DNA of 64,000 nt from a bacterium (lineage in GTDB: Bacteria; Patescibacteriota; Minisyncoccia; UBA6257; 02-FULL-45-10c), in the NCBI GenBank assembly GCA_021786945.1, contig JAJYMK010000003.1, positions 329,366 to 393,365 on the forward strand, read 5' to 3'. The translations under genes were made by a program, and so were the position numbers. Within the stretch, counting starts at the first letter, position 1, and each line of letters starts with the position of its first letter. Below the pieces are notes generated by a model. That model saw only the letters and a program-made list of their open reading frames with translations, did not search any database and had not been told where the DNA came from. Below are positions 18,015 through 25,616 of this stretch, piece after piece.

Positions 18015-20180
18015 CTAGAACTTGGCCTGGTCTTTCTTGGATTTCAGATACATGGGATAGTAGTCGCGATACTCGGACGCTATCCTCGTGATCTTCTTCC
18101 CTTCCTTGTCCGTGAACACCTCATTGATGAACATGCCCAGTGACGGCAGCATGGCGTGAGTTTCCAGGAATTCATCCGGGCCTTTAAGGCACGGAACGAG
18201 GATTCCCACGCGCTCATCGTAGAGCATGAACGAGGAGTGGAAGTGGCCGAGATAAGCTATTGCCGGTAAGCCGCCGCTCTCACCGCTTTCGCGGATAAGC
18301 TTCAGGTGTTTTTCAACCTGCGGCGACAGCGAATAGCCCAGCCCGCCCTCGGGGTGTATCAGTTTGTGGTAGATCCCATCCACCACAACCGACCCGAACA
18401 TCGAACCCAGATACCGCAGAAGACCCGACAGCCTGATCGACAGGGTCCTCACGATAAGATGGCCGATGGATTTCCAAGCCCAAGCATCGTGATTGCCTTC
18501 GATGATGTCGGTCTGGAGCCAAACTTCTTTCTGGCTCTTTTCCGTCCTGGTGACGTAGCTTATAGTGCCATCGTCGTTGTTGATCATTTCCGAGACCAGG
18601 ATAGGCTTCTTAGGGTCTACTTTGATCTTCACTTTAGGCCAGTTAGCCACCGCGTGGTTTTCCATGCCGTCGAGATCAGAGAACTTAACGTCGAAGTTAT
18701 GTCCCCTGTAACCCGCCGCAGCAGGGCCATCGGTAACGTCACCGGGATGATACATGCGCCGCACGCCGGCGTCAGCAGCATCCTGATAGGCCTTCTTGAA
18801 GATGTCGGGCAGTTCTTTCTTGCTGCCGCTGTGATTATCCGAAACAGAGGCTTCCTTGGTTGCGAAGACGTAAACGTCCTCGTACTTCAAAGGAAGCGGC
18901 GCAAACTTCCGCTTAACCGACACTTCGAGTTCGTAACGCTTGGTGTCAGGCTTGAACGGAATTTTGATGCCGCAGTTAGACAGCCTCTTGATAATCCCGG
19001 CGACTCCTTCCTTACCCATCTTCAGCCTGCGCGAAAGATCGCCGGCCGATATGATATGCTCCTTCACGAACCAGCCCAGGACCTGCTTCGAAACATCATC
19101 CAGGTTGGCAGCGCGGGACACATTTATGTCGTAGACATCGTTGGTAATGGTGTAGTGATCCAGAGCGTTAAGGTAAACCTTAAGGCCCACAGACGGATCA
19201 AACATCCAGTTATCCCCGAAGCTAAGCTCGGCGATCGTGTAACCCACACGGGGTTCCACGCCGCGGCGTCCCTGACGCATCATTCTCTTGTGAAGGCTCG
19301 GCACGGTCTCTATGAACATGCCGTTGTACTTGGGTAAGCGAGCTCGGCGGTGCAGACCGCCAAAGACCAGAAGCATCGGCTTCGGATCATCTTTCAAGGC
19401 GTTCGCGATTTTCTGCGGCCCATAGCTTACAGCTTTCGGGCTATTGTCGTCCCACGGGGACATCGCTTTGATGCGGACACCTTTTATGTCGAAAGACTTC
19501 TCCAGTTCGCCGGCTTTGCGGAGGTCTTCGCGCTTGTTGCAGATAGCCGACACTATGTCGATGCCGTCTTTTGCCCTCCAGGAAAGTTCTCCCTTACCGC
19601 TTACGATGTAGGTTTTGAACTTTTTGCTCCTGGGGAAACAGTCAACGACGTAGTCGGCCAGCTCCTGCGCGTCACCGAAGAGCGCATCCGATTCGGTCGT
19701 AGCGGTAGGCTTGCTCATTACTAAGCCGCCAACCACCACAACGAAGTCGATATCTTCTTTTACGAAGACGACCTCGTAAAGCCAGTGCAGAAGACTTATC
19801 TGCGCCTGCTTTGACCCCATACGGATCTCAGAGAGGAAAGCAACCTTAAACTTCTTGTTGCTTATCGATATAGGAATCGCCTCTTCACTTTCATCGCCCT
19901 CAACGGCAGTGCTGAGAAACAGCTTTCTGTCCTTGGTGACGTGAATGTTGTAGCCCTTGTCGTTGAGTTTCTCCGCGACGTCCAGCAGATCCTGGATGCT
20001 CGTATTTAAGGCTTTCGCCAGAGCATCTTCGGACTTGTCGGACTTCTTGGTCTTCAACAGAACCAGGAGCCTGAGCTCTTTCTCTTCTTGAGAGAGAGAG
20101 GGGTGCGCTTTTTCGTTGCTCATTTCGGACTTACCGGAGGGCAAGTCCGATTTTTTTTGCTTCTTGCCCTTCTTTTCCAT
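18015..20180 (-). CDS. large (721 aa) protein: degenerate N-terminal phosphoesterase-like region plus intact C-terminal calcineurin-like metallophosphoesterase domain
   Basis: C-terminal half carries SDNHSG (motif I-like), HPGDVTDG (GDxxDG), IEGNHDAWAW (GNHD) and YLGHFHSSF (GHxH). N-terminal half has VAFLSEIRMGS and FVVVVGGLV in the equivalent positions, which look degenerate. Start is set at MEKKGKKQ, which has the SD GGGGGTAG. GC is ~50%, against ~35% background. Confidence 0.55.
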   Translation of the reverse strand: MEKKGKKQKKSDLPSGKSEMSNEKAHPSLSQEEKELRLLVLLKTKKSDKSEDALAKALNTSIQDLLDVAEKLNDKGYNIHVTKDRKLFLSTAVEGDESEEAIPISISNKKFKVAFLSEIRMGSKQAQISLLHWLYEVVFVKEDIDFVVVVGGLVMSKPTATTESDALFGDAQELADYVVDCFPRSKKFKTYIVSGKGELSWRAKDGIDIVSAICNKREDLRKAGELEKSFDIKGVRIKAMSPWDDNSPKAVSYGPQKIANALKDDPKPMLLVFGGLHRRARLPKYNGMFIETVPSLHKRMMRQGRRGVEPRVGYTIAELSFGDNWMFDPSVGLKVYLNALDHYTITNDVYDINVSRAANLDDVSKQVLGWFVKEHIISAGDLSRRLKMGKEGVAGIIKRLSNCGIKIPFKPDTKRYELEVSVKRKFAPLPLKYEDVYVFATKEASVSDNHSGSKKELPDIFKKAYQDAADAGVRRMYHPGDVTDGPAAAGYRGHNFDVKFSDLDGMENHAVANWPKVKIKVDPKKPILVSEMINNDDGTISYVTRTEKSQKEVWLQTDIIEGNHDAWAWKSIGHLIVRTLSIRLSGLLRYLGSMFGSVVVDGIYHKLIHPEGGLGYSLSPQVEKHLKLIRESGESGGLPAIAYLGHFHSSFMLYDERVGILVPCLKGPDEFLETHAMLPSLGMFINEVFTDKEGKKITRIASEYRDYYPMYLKSKKDQAKF

Positions 20181-20487
20181 AATACTACCCCCTTTTAAAT
20201 CCAAGATTTTAGAACCTATACTGCTAATAGCTTCCAAACGCGATACGGGTAAATTTTATACAGAACAAGGAGCGAGGAGGAAATTTATAGTTTTAACTAT
20301 ATTTCCGACAAGCGATGCATGTTATATATACAAATTTACAGTATCCCGAAGGGTTGTGGTCTAAATAATGTGTTTAGGAATTATTAGCAGGATAGGTTCT
20401 TTTTTTAAAGAACTACTTATAATTTAAGTATAAGACCCAGCCGAAATATAATGCAATAGGGCAAAAGTTTTTTTGAATAAAAAATAA

Positions 20488-20516
20488 TTGATATTTACAA
20501 ACCGAAAAGTTATACT
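20488..20516 (+). promoter_or_regulatory. sigma70-like promoter (TTGATA-N17-TATACT) upstream of tRNA-Trp
   Basis: Near-consensus -35 and -10 hexamers with 17-nt spacing, about 20 bp upstream of the tRNA 5' end. Confidence 0.35.
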
Positions 20517-20536
20517 TAAATTTTACATAATAAATT

Positions 20537-20607
20537 GGGGGTATCGGTTAATGGCAAACCAGCGGTCTCCAAAACCGCGACTGGGGGTTCAAGTCCCTCT
20601 GCCCCCG
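20537..20607 (+). tRNA. tRNA-Trp(CCA)
   Basis: GGGGGTATCGGTTAATGGCAAACCAGCGGTCTCCAAAACCGCGACTGGGGGTTCAAGTCCCTCTGCCCCCG folds as a cloverleaf. Anticodon loop is CTCCAAA. Confidence 0.8.
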
Positions 20608-20625
20608 CTCTTAATAAAATAAAAA

Positions 20626-21153
20626 ATGGATAAAAAAATATTTATTCCAATAATCCTTGGAACAGCGCGAGAAGGACGCGAATCGGAAAAAGCTGCTAAA
20701 TTTGTTTTTGAAGAAACAAAAAAATACGGATTCGAAACTGAAATTATAGATGTTAAAGACTACGCTTCACCAGTAACCTGGTCAATGGATCCAGCGATCA
20801 AAGAAAAAATTTCGGCAAAAATAAAAAATGCCAGCGCGTTGATAATTGTCGCACCGGAATATAACCATGGCTATCCCGGTGAACTCAAATTATTTCTCGA
20901 CAACTTCTACGAAGAATATTTTTACAAACCCTTGGGTATTTGCGGGGTTTCATCCGGGCCTTTAGGAGGTGCAAGAATGGTAGAGCAACTAAGAATGATT
21001 TCCATAGAATTCCATATGACGCCGATAAGGGAAGCTGTTTATTTTTCCTCGATAAAGAATCTTTTTGACGAAAAAAACAATATCAAAGACCCCGCGTATT
21101 CAGAAAGAGTAAAAACGATGCTCAAACAGCTAGAATCCTCAATGAGAAACTAA
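20626..21153 (+). CDS. NADPH-dependent FMN reductase family flavoprotein
   Basis: Flavodoxin-like fold with LIIVAPEYNHGYPGELKLFLD, the FMN-reductase signature. Confidence 0.8.
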   Translation: MDKKIFIPIILGTAREGRESEKAAKFVFEETKKYGFETEIIDVKDYASPVTWSMDPAIKEKISAKIKNASALIIVAPEYNHGYPGELKLFLDNFYEEYFYKPLGICGVSSGPLGGARMVEQLRMISIEFHMTPIREAVYFSSIKNLFDEKNNIKDPAYSERVKTMLKQLESSMRN

Positions 21154-21180
21154 AAAATCCCCCGTTTGGGGGATTTTTAA
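21152..21180. terminator. bidirectional terminator ATCCCCCGTTTGGGGGAT
   Basis: A perfect hairpin flanked by A-run and T-run, between convergent genes. Confidence 0.6.
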
Positions 21181-21181
21181 A

Positions 21182-21352
21182 TTATTTCTTTGCTTCTTTA
21201 TGCGGCTGATGCTTTCTGCATTTATTGCAATACTTATTTAATTCAATTTTTCTATCAACAGTTTTTTTATTTTTTCTCGTATAATAACCAATCTCCTTAC
21301 AAACGGAGCACCTAAGTTTTATTAAACGCTCTCCAAATTTACCTTGTGACAT
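21182..21352 (-). CDS. rpmG: 50S ribosomal protein L33 (56 aa; absent from ORF track)
   Basis: Manual translation gives MSQGKFGERLIKLRCSVCKEIGYYTRKNKKTVDRKIELNKYCNKCRKHQPHKEAKK. It has the L33 zinc-ribbon CxxC…CxxC and the KLxLKKYCP-like block. Confidence 0.8.
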   Translation of the reverse strand: MSQGKFGERLIKLRCSVCKEIGYYTRKNKKTVDRKIELNKYCNKCRKHQPHKEAKK

Positions 21353-21427
21353 AATAACTAATTTAAAATTTAATGATTTAAGATTTAATGATTATAGAAT
21401 AAAAACTCTGACTTTGCAATATCTCTG

Positions 21428-21499
21428 AGCCGATGGTGAGAATTGAACTCACGACCTACTCCTTACCATGGAGTTGCTCTACCTCTGAGCTACATCGGC
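21428..21499 (-). tRNA. tRNA-Thr(GGT)
   Basis: The reverse complement GCCGATGTAGCTCAGAGGTAGAGCAACTCCATGGTAAGGAGTAGGTCGTGAGTTCAATTCTCACCATCGGCT folds as a cloverleaf. Anticodon loop is ATGGTAA. Confidence 0.8.
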
Positions 21500-21543
21500 A
21501 TAAATAATATTTTAATAATACAGCCGTAATTTTCAATCGGCTG

Positions 21544-21615
21544 AGCCACTTCCCAGATTTGAACTGGGGACCTTCTCTTTACAAAAGAGTTGCTCTACCG
21601 CTGAGCTAAAGTGGC
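21544..21615 (-). tRNA. tRNA-Thr(TGT)
   Basis: The reverse complement GCCACTTTAGCTCAGCGGTAGAGCAACTCTTTTGTAAAGAGAAGGTCCCCAGTTCAAATCTGGGAAGTGGCT folds as a cloverleaf. Anticodon loop is TTTGTAA and the variable loop is short (type I). Confidence 0.7.
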
Positions 21616-21660
21616 TTATATTTTAAACTACTTTTATACAATACACCTTAATACGGTGTG

Positions 21661-21744
21661 TGGGCAGGGAGGGATTCGAACCCCCGTAGCCACAAGGGCG
21701 CCTGATCTACAGTCAGGTGCAATTGACCGCTCTGCCACCTGCCC
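21661..21744 (-). tRNA. tRNA-Tyr(GTA)
   Basis: 84 nt with a long variable arm. The reverse complement reads GGGCAGGTGGCAGAGCGGTCAATTGCACCTGACTGTAGATCAGG…. Anticodon loop is CTGTAGA. Confidence 0.8.
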
Positions 21745-21760
21745 ATCTGGAAATAAATAT

Positions 21761-22123
21761 TTATAATTTAATTTCCTCTTCCTTTTTTATTTCTCCTGTT
21801 TCCGAAATTTTATTTTCAAAAATATTCGGACGGGAATCTTTTTCAATTGTTGCTGCCGGCTTAAAACCGCTGAGTTTCCTAGTCAATATATTATCAAACT
21901 TCATTACCGCGATTTTGAACTTTCTCAAAATCTTTTCAAACAAATTATTAACCATTAAATCAATCTTCTCAAGGGGCAACTTAGCAATGATACCATCAAA
22001 AAAGGATTTTTTTAATGGGTTAGAAAAAACATTTTCGTCAATTCTTGGAATTGTCCTGGCCACTAAATAAATTATGGCAGCTAGGCTGGCCATAATTAAA
22101 AACTGAAGAATAAAGCTATACAT
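21761..22123 (-). CDS. hypothetical N-terminally membrane-anchored protein
   Basis: An N-terminal TM helix. Preferred over the overlapping plus-strand ORF because it shares the strand of the downstream operon. Confidence 0.35.
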   Translation of the reverse strand: MYSFILQFLIMASLAAIIYLVARTIPRIDENVFSNPLKKSFFDGIIAKLPLEKIDLMVNNLFEKILRKFKIAVMKFDNILTRKLSGFKPAATIEKDSRPNIFENKISETGEIKKEEEIKL

Positions 22124-22142
22124 ATTTTTAAAAACTCAAAGA

Positions 22143-22583
22143 TTAGAGCTCGTACCTCATAAATCTTTCAACCACCATATTTTCTCCAATTTTAGCTATA
22201 ACTTGCTTTATAACATCACTGATATTTTTGGACGAATCTTTAATAAATGGCTGGGCCAAAAGAGCTTCGATATTCTCAGGATTCATAGCTGCAATATGCA
22301 TAGCCAAATCATGGGCTAAATTCTTAAAATCATCTGTCCTTGCAACAAAGTCAGTTTCACAGCGCAATTCCAATAAAACTCCGACTCTACCATTATGAAT
22401 ATAAGATTCAAGCATACCGGAACCGGTTTTTCTGTCAGCCTTTTTTTCGGCTTTTGCCAAACCTCTTTCGGCTATAATATTTTTTGCTTCATCAATATCC
22501 CCCTTAGCTTCATCAAGAGCTCTTTTGCACTCCATTACACCAGCGCCCGTCATTTCTCTCAAATTTTTAATAGCGTCAGACAT
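22143..22583 (-). CDS. tsf: elongation factor Ts (short form, 146 aa)
   Basis: UBA-like N-terminus [26 protein letters not shown], followed by a single EF-Ts core repeat. It lies downstream of rpsB. Confidence 0.85.
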   Translation of the reverse strand: MSDAIKNLREMTGAGVMECKRALDEAKGDIDEAKNIIAERGLAKAEKKADRKTGSGMLESYIHNGRVGVLLELRCETDFVARTDDFKNLAHDLAMHIAAMNPENIEALLAQPFIKDSSKNISDVIKQVIAKIGENMVVERFMRYEL

Positions 22584-22602
22584 GTTTAATTAAAATAAAA
22601 AA

Positions 22603-23361
22603 TTAATTTTTAGAAGAAGCTTTTGCTTCAGAAACAGCCATCGATAATTTTTCCAAAACCCATCTTATTCCCTCTTTAGTTCTGTCATTACAAGGAACAG
22701 GATATTCAACTATTTCAGGGCTAAGATCCGTGTTCATCATAGCAACAACCGGAATTTTCATTTTCTTAGCTTCTTTTACAGCAATCATGTTATGAGTAGC
22801 GTCAACTACAAACATAACCTGTGGTAAACTTTCCATATTTTCCGTACCACTAAAATTTGTATCCAACTTTATAATCTCTCTGTCGATATCAAGTCTTTCT
22901 TTTTTTGTATATTTTTCAAGCTTTCCGGAAGCCTTATCGGCTTTTAATTTCTTAAAATAAGCCACTCTCTTTGAAAGGGTCTTAAAATTAGTCAATGTAC
23001 CGCCAAGCCATCGTTCAACAACGTAGGGCATTCCCAATTTTTCAGCATATTCTCTAACAGCTTGTTTAGCTACCGGGGTGGTACCAACCAACATTACAGA
23101 ACCGCCTTTAGCCACCTTAGATTTAACAAATTCCAAAGCTTTTTCCAAAGCTTCCAATGTCCTGGAAATATCGATAATTTCTATGCCATTTCTTGTAGCA
23201 TAAACATAAGACTTCATACGAGGATGAGTCTTTGATTTTTTATGACCCAAAAAAAGACCCGCCCTCATCATTTCCTCAAGTACCGGCAATTTTGCGGTAT
23301 CGACAGGACCTTCTTTTTCGGAATCTAATTCTTCAAGATTTATTTCGTTTGTTTTAACCAT
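22603..23361 (-). CDS. rpsB: 30S ribosomal protein S2
   Basis: MMRAGLFLGHKKSKTHPRMKSYVY…GGSVMLVGT is the S2 signature. rpsB-tsf gene order. Confidence 0.9.
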   Translation of the reverse strand: MVKTNEINLEELDSEKEGPVDTAKLPVLEEMMRAGLFLGHKKSKTHPRMKSYVYATRNGIEIIDISRTLEALEKALEFVKSKVAKGGSVMLVGTTPVAKQAVREYAEKLGMPYVVERWLGGTLTNFKTLSKRVAYFKKLKADKASGKLEKYTKKERLDIDREIIKLDTNFSGTENMESLPQVMFVVDATHNMIAVKEAKKMKIPVVAMMNTDLSPEIVEYPVPCNDRTKEGIRWVLEKLSMAVSEAKASSKN

Positions 23362-23419
23362 ATAGATAAAAAGTATATATATTTTTTAATGAATCGTCAA
23401 CACCAATTTGTTAGTCTTT

Positions 23420-23722
23420 TCAAGATTCGTCAAGAATAATTCTCTTAGTAAAACGCCCTCTTTTTTCTGCCTTATCAATCCTCACTTTTTCAATTTCTTT
23501 TTTACTGAATTTTTTAAATTCTATTATCGTATCTATAACCTCCATAACATCAGCCAATTCTTCAATGTTTTCAGCTTCATAAAATTCAGAAACTTCTTCC
23601 TTAAGTTTTTCTTTAAGTTTCTCCCAATACTCTTCTAATTCAGCTATATGGATTTCCGCTCGTCCCCCTTTTTGTTTTATATACTCAGGAATCTTATCTC
23701 TGACCAATTTATTATATTTCAT
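23420..23722 (-). CDS. MazG/HisE-like all-alpha NTP pyrophosphohydrolase
   Basis: MKYNKLVRDKIPEYI…EELADVMEVIDTI. This is the YNKLVRDKIPE motif with an EExxD metal site. The start is moved to an internal Met to avoid overlap with trmD. Confidence 0.55.
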   Translation of the reverse strand: MKYNKLVRDKIPEYIKQKGGRAEIHIAELEEYWEKLKEKLKEEVSEFYEAENIEELADVMEVIDTIIEFKKFSKKEIEKVRIDKAEKRGRFTKRIILDES

Positions 23723-24347
23723 TTCTCCACTCTTCAATTTTTTTATGATTTCCCGACAAAAGAACTTTCGGAACAATGCGTTTCTTTCCGGCGATTTTTA
23801 TAACTTCCGGCTTTGTATAAACCTTATAACTTCCCTTTATTTCTTCTAAAGATTCTAGCTTTCCCAAAACCCCGGGAATAAATCTGGAAACAGCGTCAAT
23901 TACAACTCCCGCAGCTAATTCTCCGCCTGACAATACAAAATCTCCTATAGAAACCTCTTCGTCGGCTATATATTTAGCCACTCTTTCATCAACGCCTTCA
24001 TACCTTCCACAAATAAAAATCAATTGATCATATTTAGACAATCTTTTAGCAACCTTGGAATCAAATTTTTTTCCACGCAAGCTAAATAAAATTATCCGAG
24101 ATTTTATTTTTTTATTTTTTAATTTTATTTTGGCTATAGCCCTATCAATAACATCGGCTTTCAAAACCATTCCAGGTCCGCCGCCATATGGGCTATCATC
24201 AACCTTTCGGTGTTTATCTAGGGTAAAATCTCTCAAATTATGGGCCTTTATAGTTATAAGCTTTTTTAATTGCGCCCTATTTAAAATAGACTCTGAAAAA
24301 TACGAATCCAAAATTTTTGGAAAAATTGTAATAATATCAAACTTCAT
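23712..24347 (-). CDS. trmD: tRNA (guanine37-N1)-methyltransferase
   Basis: MKFDIITIFPKIL…SPYGGGPGMVLK, the TrmD SPOUT signature. Confidence 0.9.
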   Translation of the reverse strand: MKFDIITIFPKILDSYFSESILNRAQLKKLITIKAHNLRDFTLDKHRKVDDSPYGGGPGMVLKADVIDRAIAKIKLKNKKIKSRIILFSLRGKKFDSKVAKRLSKYDQLIFICGRYEGVDERVAKYIADEEVSIGDFVLSGGELAAGVVIDAVSRFIPGVLGKLESLEEIKGSYKVYTKPEVIKIAGKKRIVPKVLLSGNHKKIEEWRNEI

Positions 24348-24377
24348 AATATAAACATTATAGATTAATAAAACGCA

Positions 24378-24409
24378 TAAAAAAAGCTCCGCCAAAAGTG
24401 GCGGAGCTT
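24378..24409 (-). terminator. terminator hairpin AGCTCCGCCAAAAGTGGCGGAGCT
   Basis: A hairpin followed by a T7 run on the minus strand, after the stop of the 123-aa ORF. Confidence 0.6.
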
Positions 24410-24414
24410 AATTA

Positions 24415-24786
24415 CTAAAATTCAAGTCTAAGAGAAAAATTATCGATAATAATTTTTTCCACATCTTCAACCGAATAATAAGGCTGAATTTTTATAACAG
24501 GAACATCTGTATTTTTACCGAGATGATTCAAAACGCCCTGATATGAGCTTTTTATCTGAAACCAGATCTTGCCCCGCTGAGGCACTATTATTAAAAAATC
24601 TCTTTTCTTCACTACATCGTTAAAGCTATTTTTAACGCTCTTGGAAAAACCCAAGATGTAACCCTTCTCCTTCAATGAAACACAGGCGCGCAGAACTTTA
24701 TCTTCGGACAAATCACCTCGTTCATTTTGAATCGTCCGTAACAAACGCCGAAAGCGATAAACGCGCTCGCATTTTTTTGAATTCAT
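24415..24786 (-). CDS. hypothetical protein (occupies the rimM position in the rpsP-KH-rimM-trmD neighbourhood, but is not recognisable as RimM)
   Basis: A coding-like frame with no recognisable motif. Confidence 0.35.
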   Translation of the reverse strand: MNSKKCERVYRFRRLLRTIQNERGDLSEDKVLRACVSLKEKGYILGFSKSVKNSFNDVVKKRDFLIIVPQRGKIWFQIKSSYQGVLNHLGKNTDVPVIKIQPYYSVEDVEKIIIDNFSLRLEF

Positions 24787-24897
24787 AGATTCCTCCTTTT
24801 TTTGACATTACAAATAGCTGTAAAATATTAAACAGTATAAATATATTCTTGTCAAAATAAAAACCCCCGAAATCCAGGGGTTTTTACTAATCATTGA

Positions 24898-25215
24898 TTA
24901 AAATTTCAAATCTGTATCGGCAAAGGATGGGGCCACATCTTCTCTTCTCTGATGAGTGGAACCTTCCGGCTCTTCAATCTTGAGATTTACCCTGGCATTA
25001 TTTCTCATGCCAACAATTCTCAAGAGAGAGCGAATTGCCTTTGCAGTTGAACCCTGTCGTCCTACAATAAGACCCATGTCCTGAGGAGCTACTTTTAAAG
25101 TAAGCAATACCCCCATTTCATCAACTTTTCTGTTTATTTCTACCTTGTCTGGATTCTCAACTATAGATTTAACAAGATATTCGAGAAAAGCTTGATCGTT
25201 TGTATTATTAGTCAT
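24898..25215 (-). CDS. KH-domain RNA-binding protein (YlqC/UPF0109-like)
   Basis: GLIVGRQGSTAKAIRSLL is the KH GxxG loop. It is the conserved neighbour of rpsP. Confidence 0.75.
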   Translation of the reverse strand: MTNNTNDQAFLEYLVKSIVENPDKVEINRKVDEMGVLLTLKVAPQDMGLIVGRQGSTAKAIRSLLRIVGMRNNARVNLKIEEPEGSTHQRREDVAPSFADTDLKF

Positions 25216-25268
25216 TTCTGCGATCCTTTTTAACTCTGGCGACCTTTTCTTTTAATTGTTATAAAAGT

Positions 25269-25577
25269 CTATTTAGCTGCTGGGGCGGCTGCTTTGTCTT
25301 CGGCTTTCTTTTTAGATTTTTTATGAGCCGCGATTTTTTTGCCAGTAATTATTTTGGCGTCAATCAAAAGGTTATGAGCGGTTGGAGACAATTTAGCTCC
25401 AACTCCAAGCCAATAATTAATCCTCTCTTTTTCAAAACCACTCTGATTTTTTCGAGGGTCATACCAACCCAAACTTTCCTTTTGTTCGCCTAAAAGCTTA
25501 CTTCGCTTTTCACCAACAACAAGCCTGTAATAAGGCTGATGTTTTTTACCGCGGCGCTGTAATCGAATCATTAACAT
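25269..25577 (-). CDS. rpsP: 30S ribosomal protein S16
   Basis: MLMIRLQRRGKKHQPYYRLVV is the S16 N-terminus. Start is set at the internal Met. Confidence 0.85.
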   Translation of the reverse strand: MLMIRLQRRGKKHQPYYRLVVGEKRSKLLGEQKESLGWYDPRKNQSGFEKERINYWLGVGAKLSPTAHNLLIDAKIITGKKIAAHKKSKKKAEDKAAAPAAK

Positions 25578-25616
25578 AATAGGATATATTCTATACAAAA
25601 TTATATAAAACGTCAA

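Noticed and set aside
18306-19337. 343-aa plus-strand ORF, and several shorter ones, antisense to the 721-aa gene
   Set aside because: These are typical long spurious antisense ORFs in a high-GC gene. They have no SD and show Arg/Pro/His-rich low-complexity translation.
21717-22070. 117-aa plus-strand ORF starting inside tRNA-Tyr
   Set aside because: It overlaps the tRNA and is antisense to the minus-strand ORF, which fits the operon orientation. Retained as rejected.
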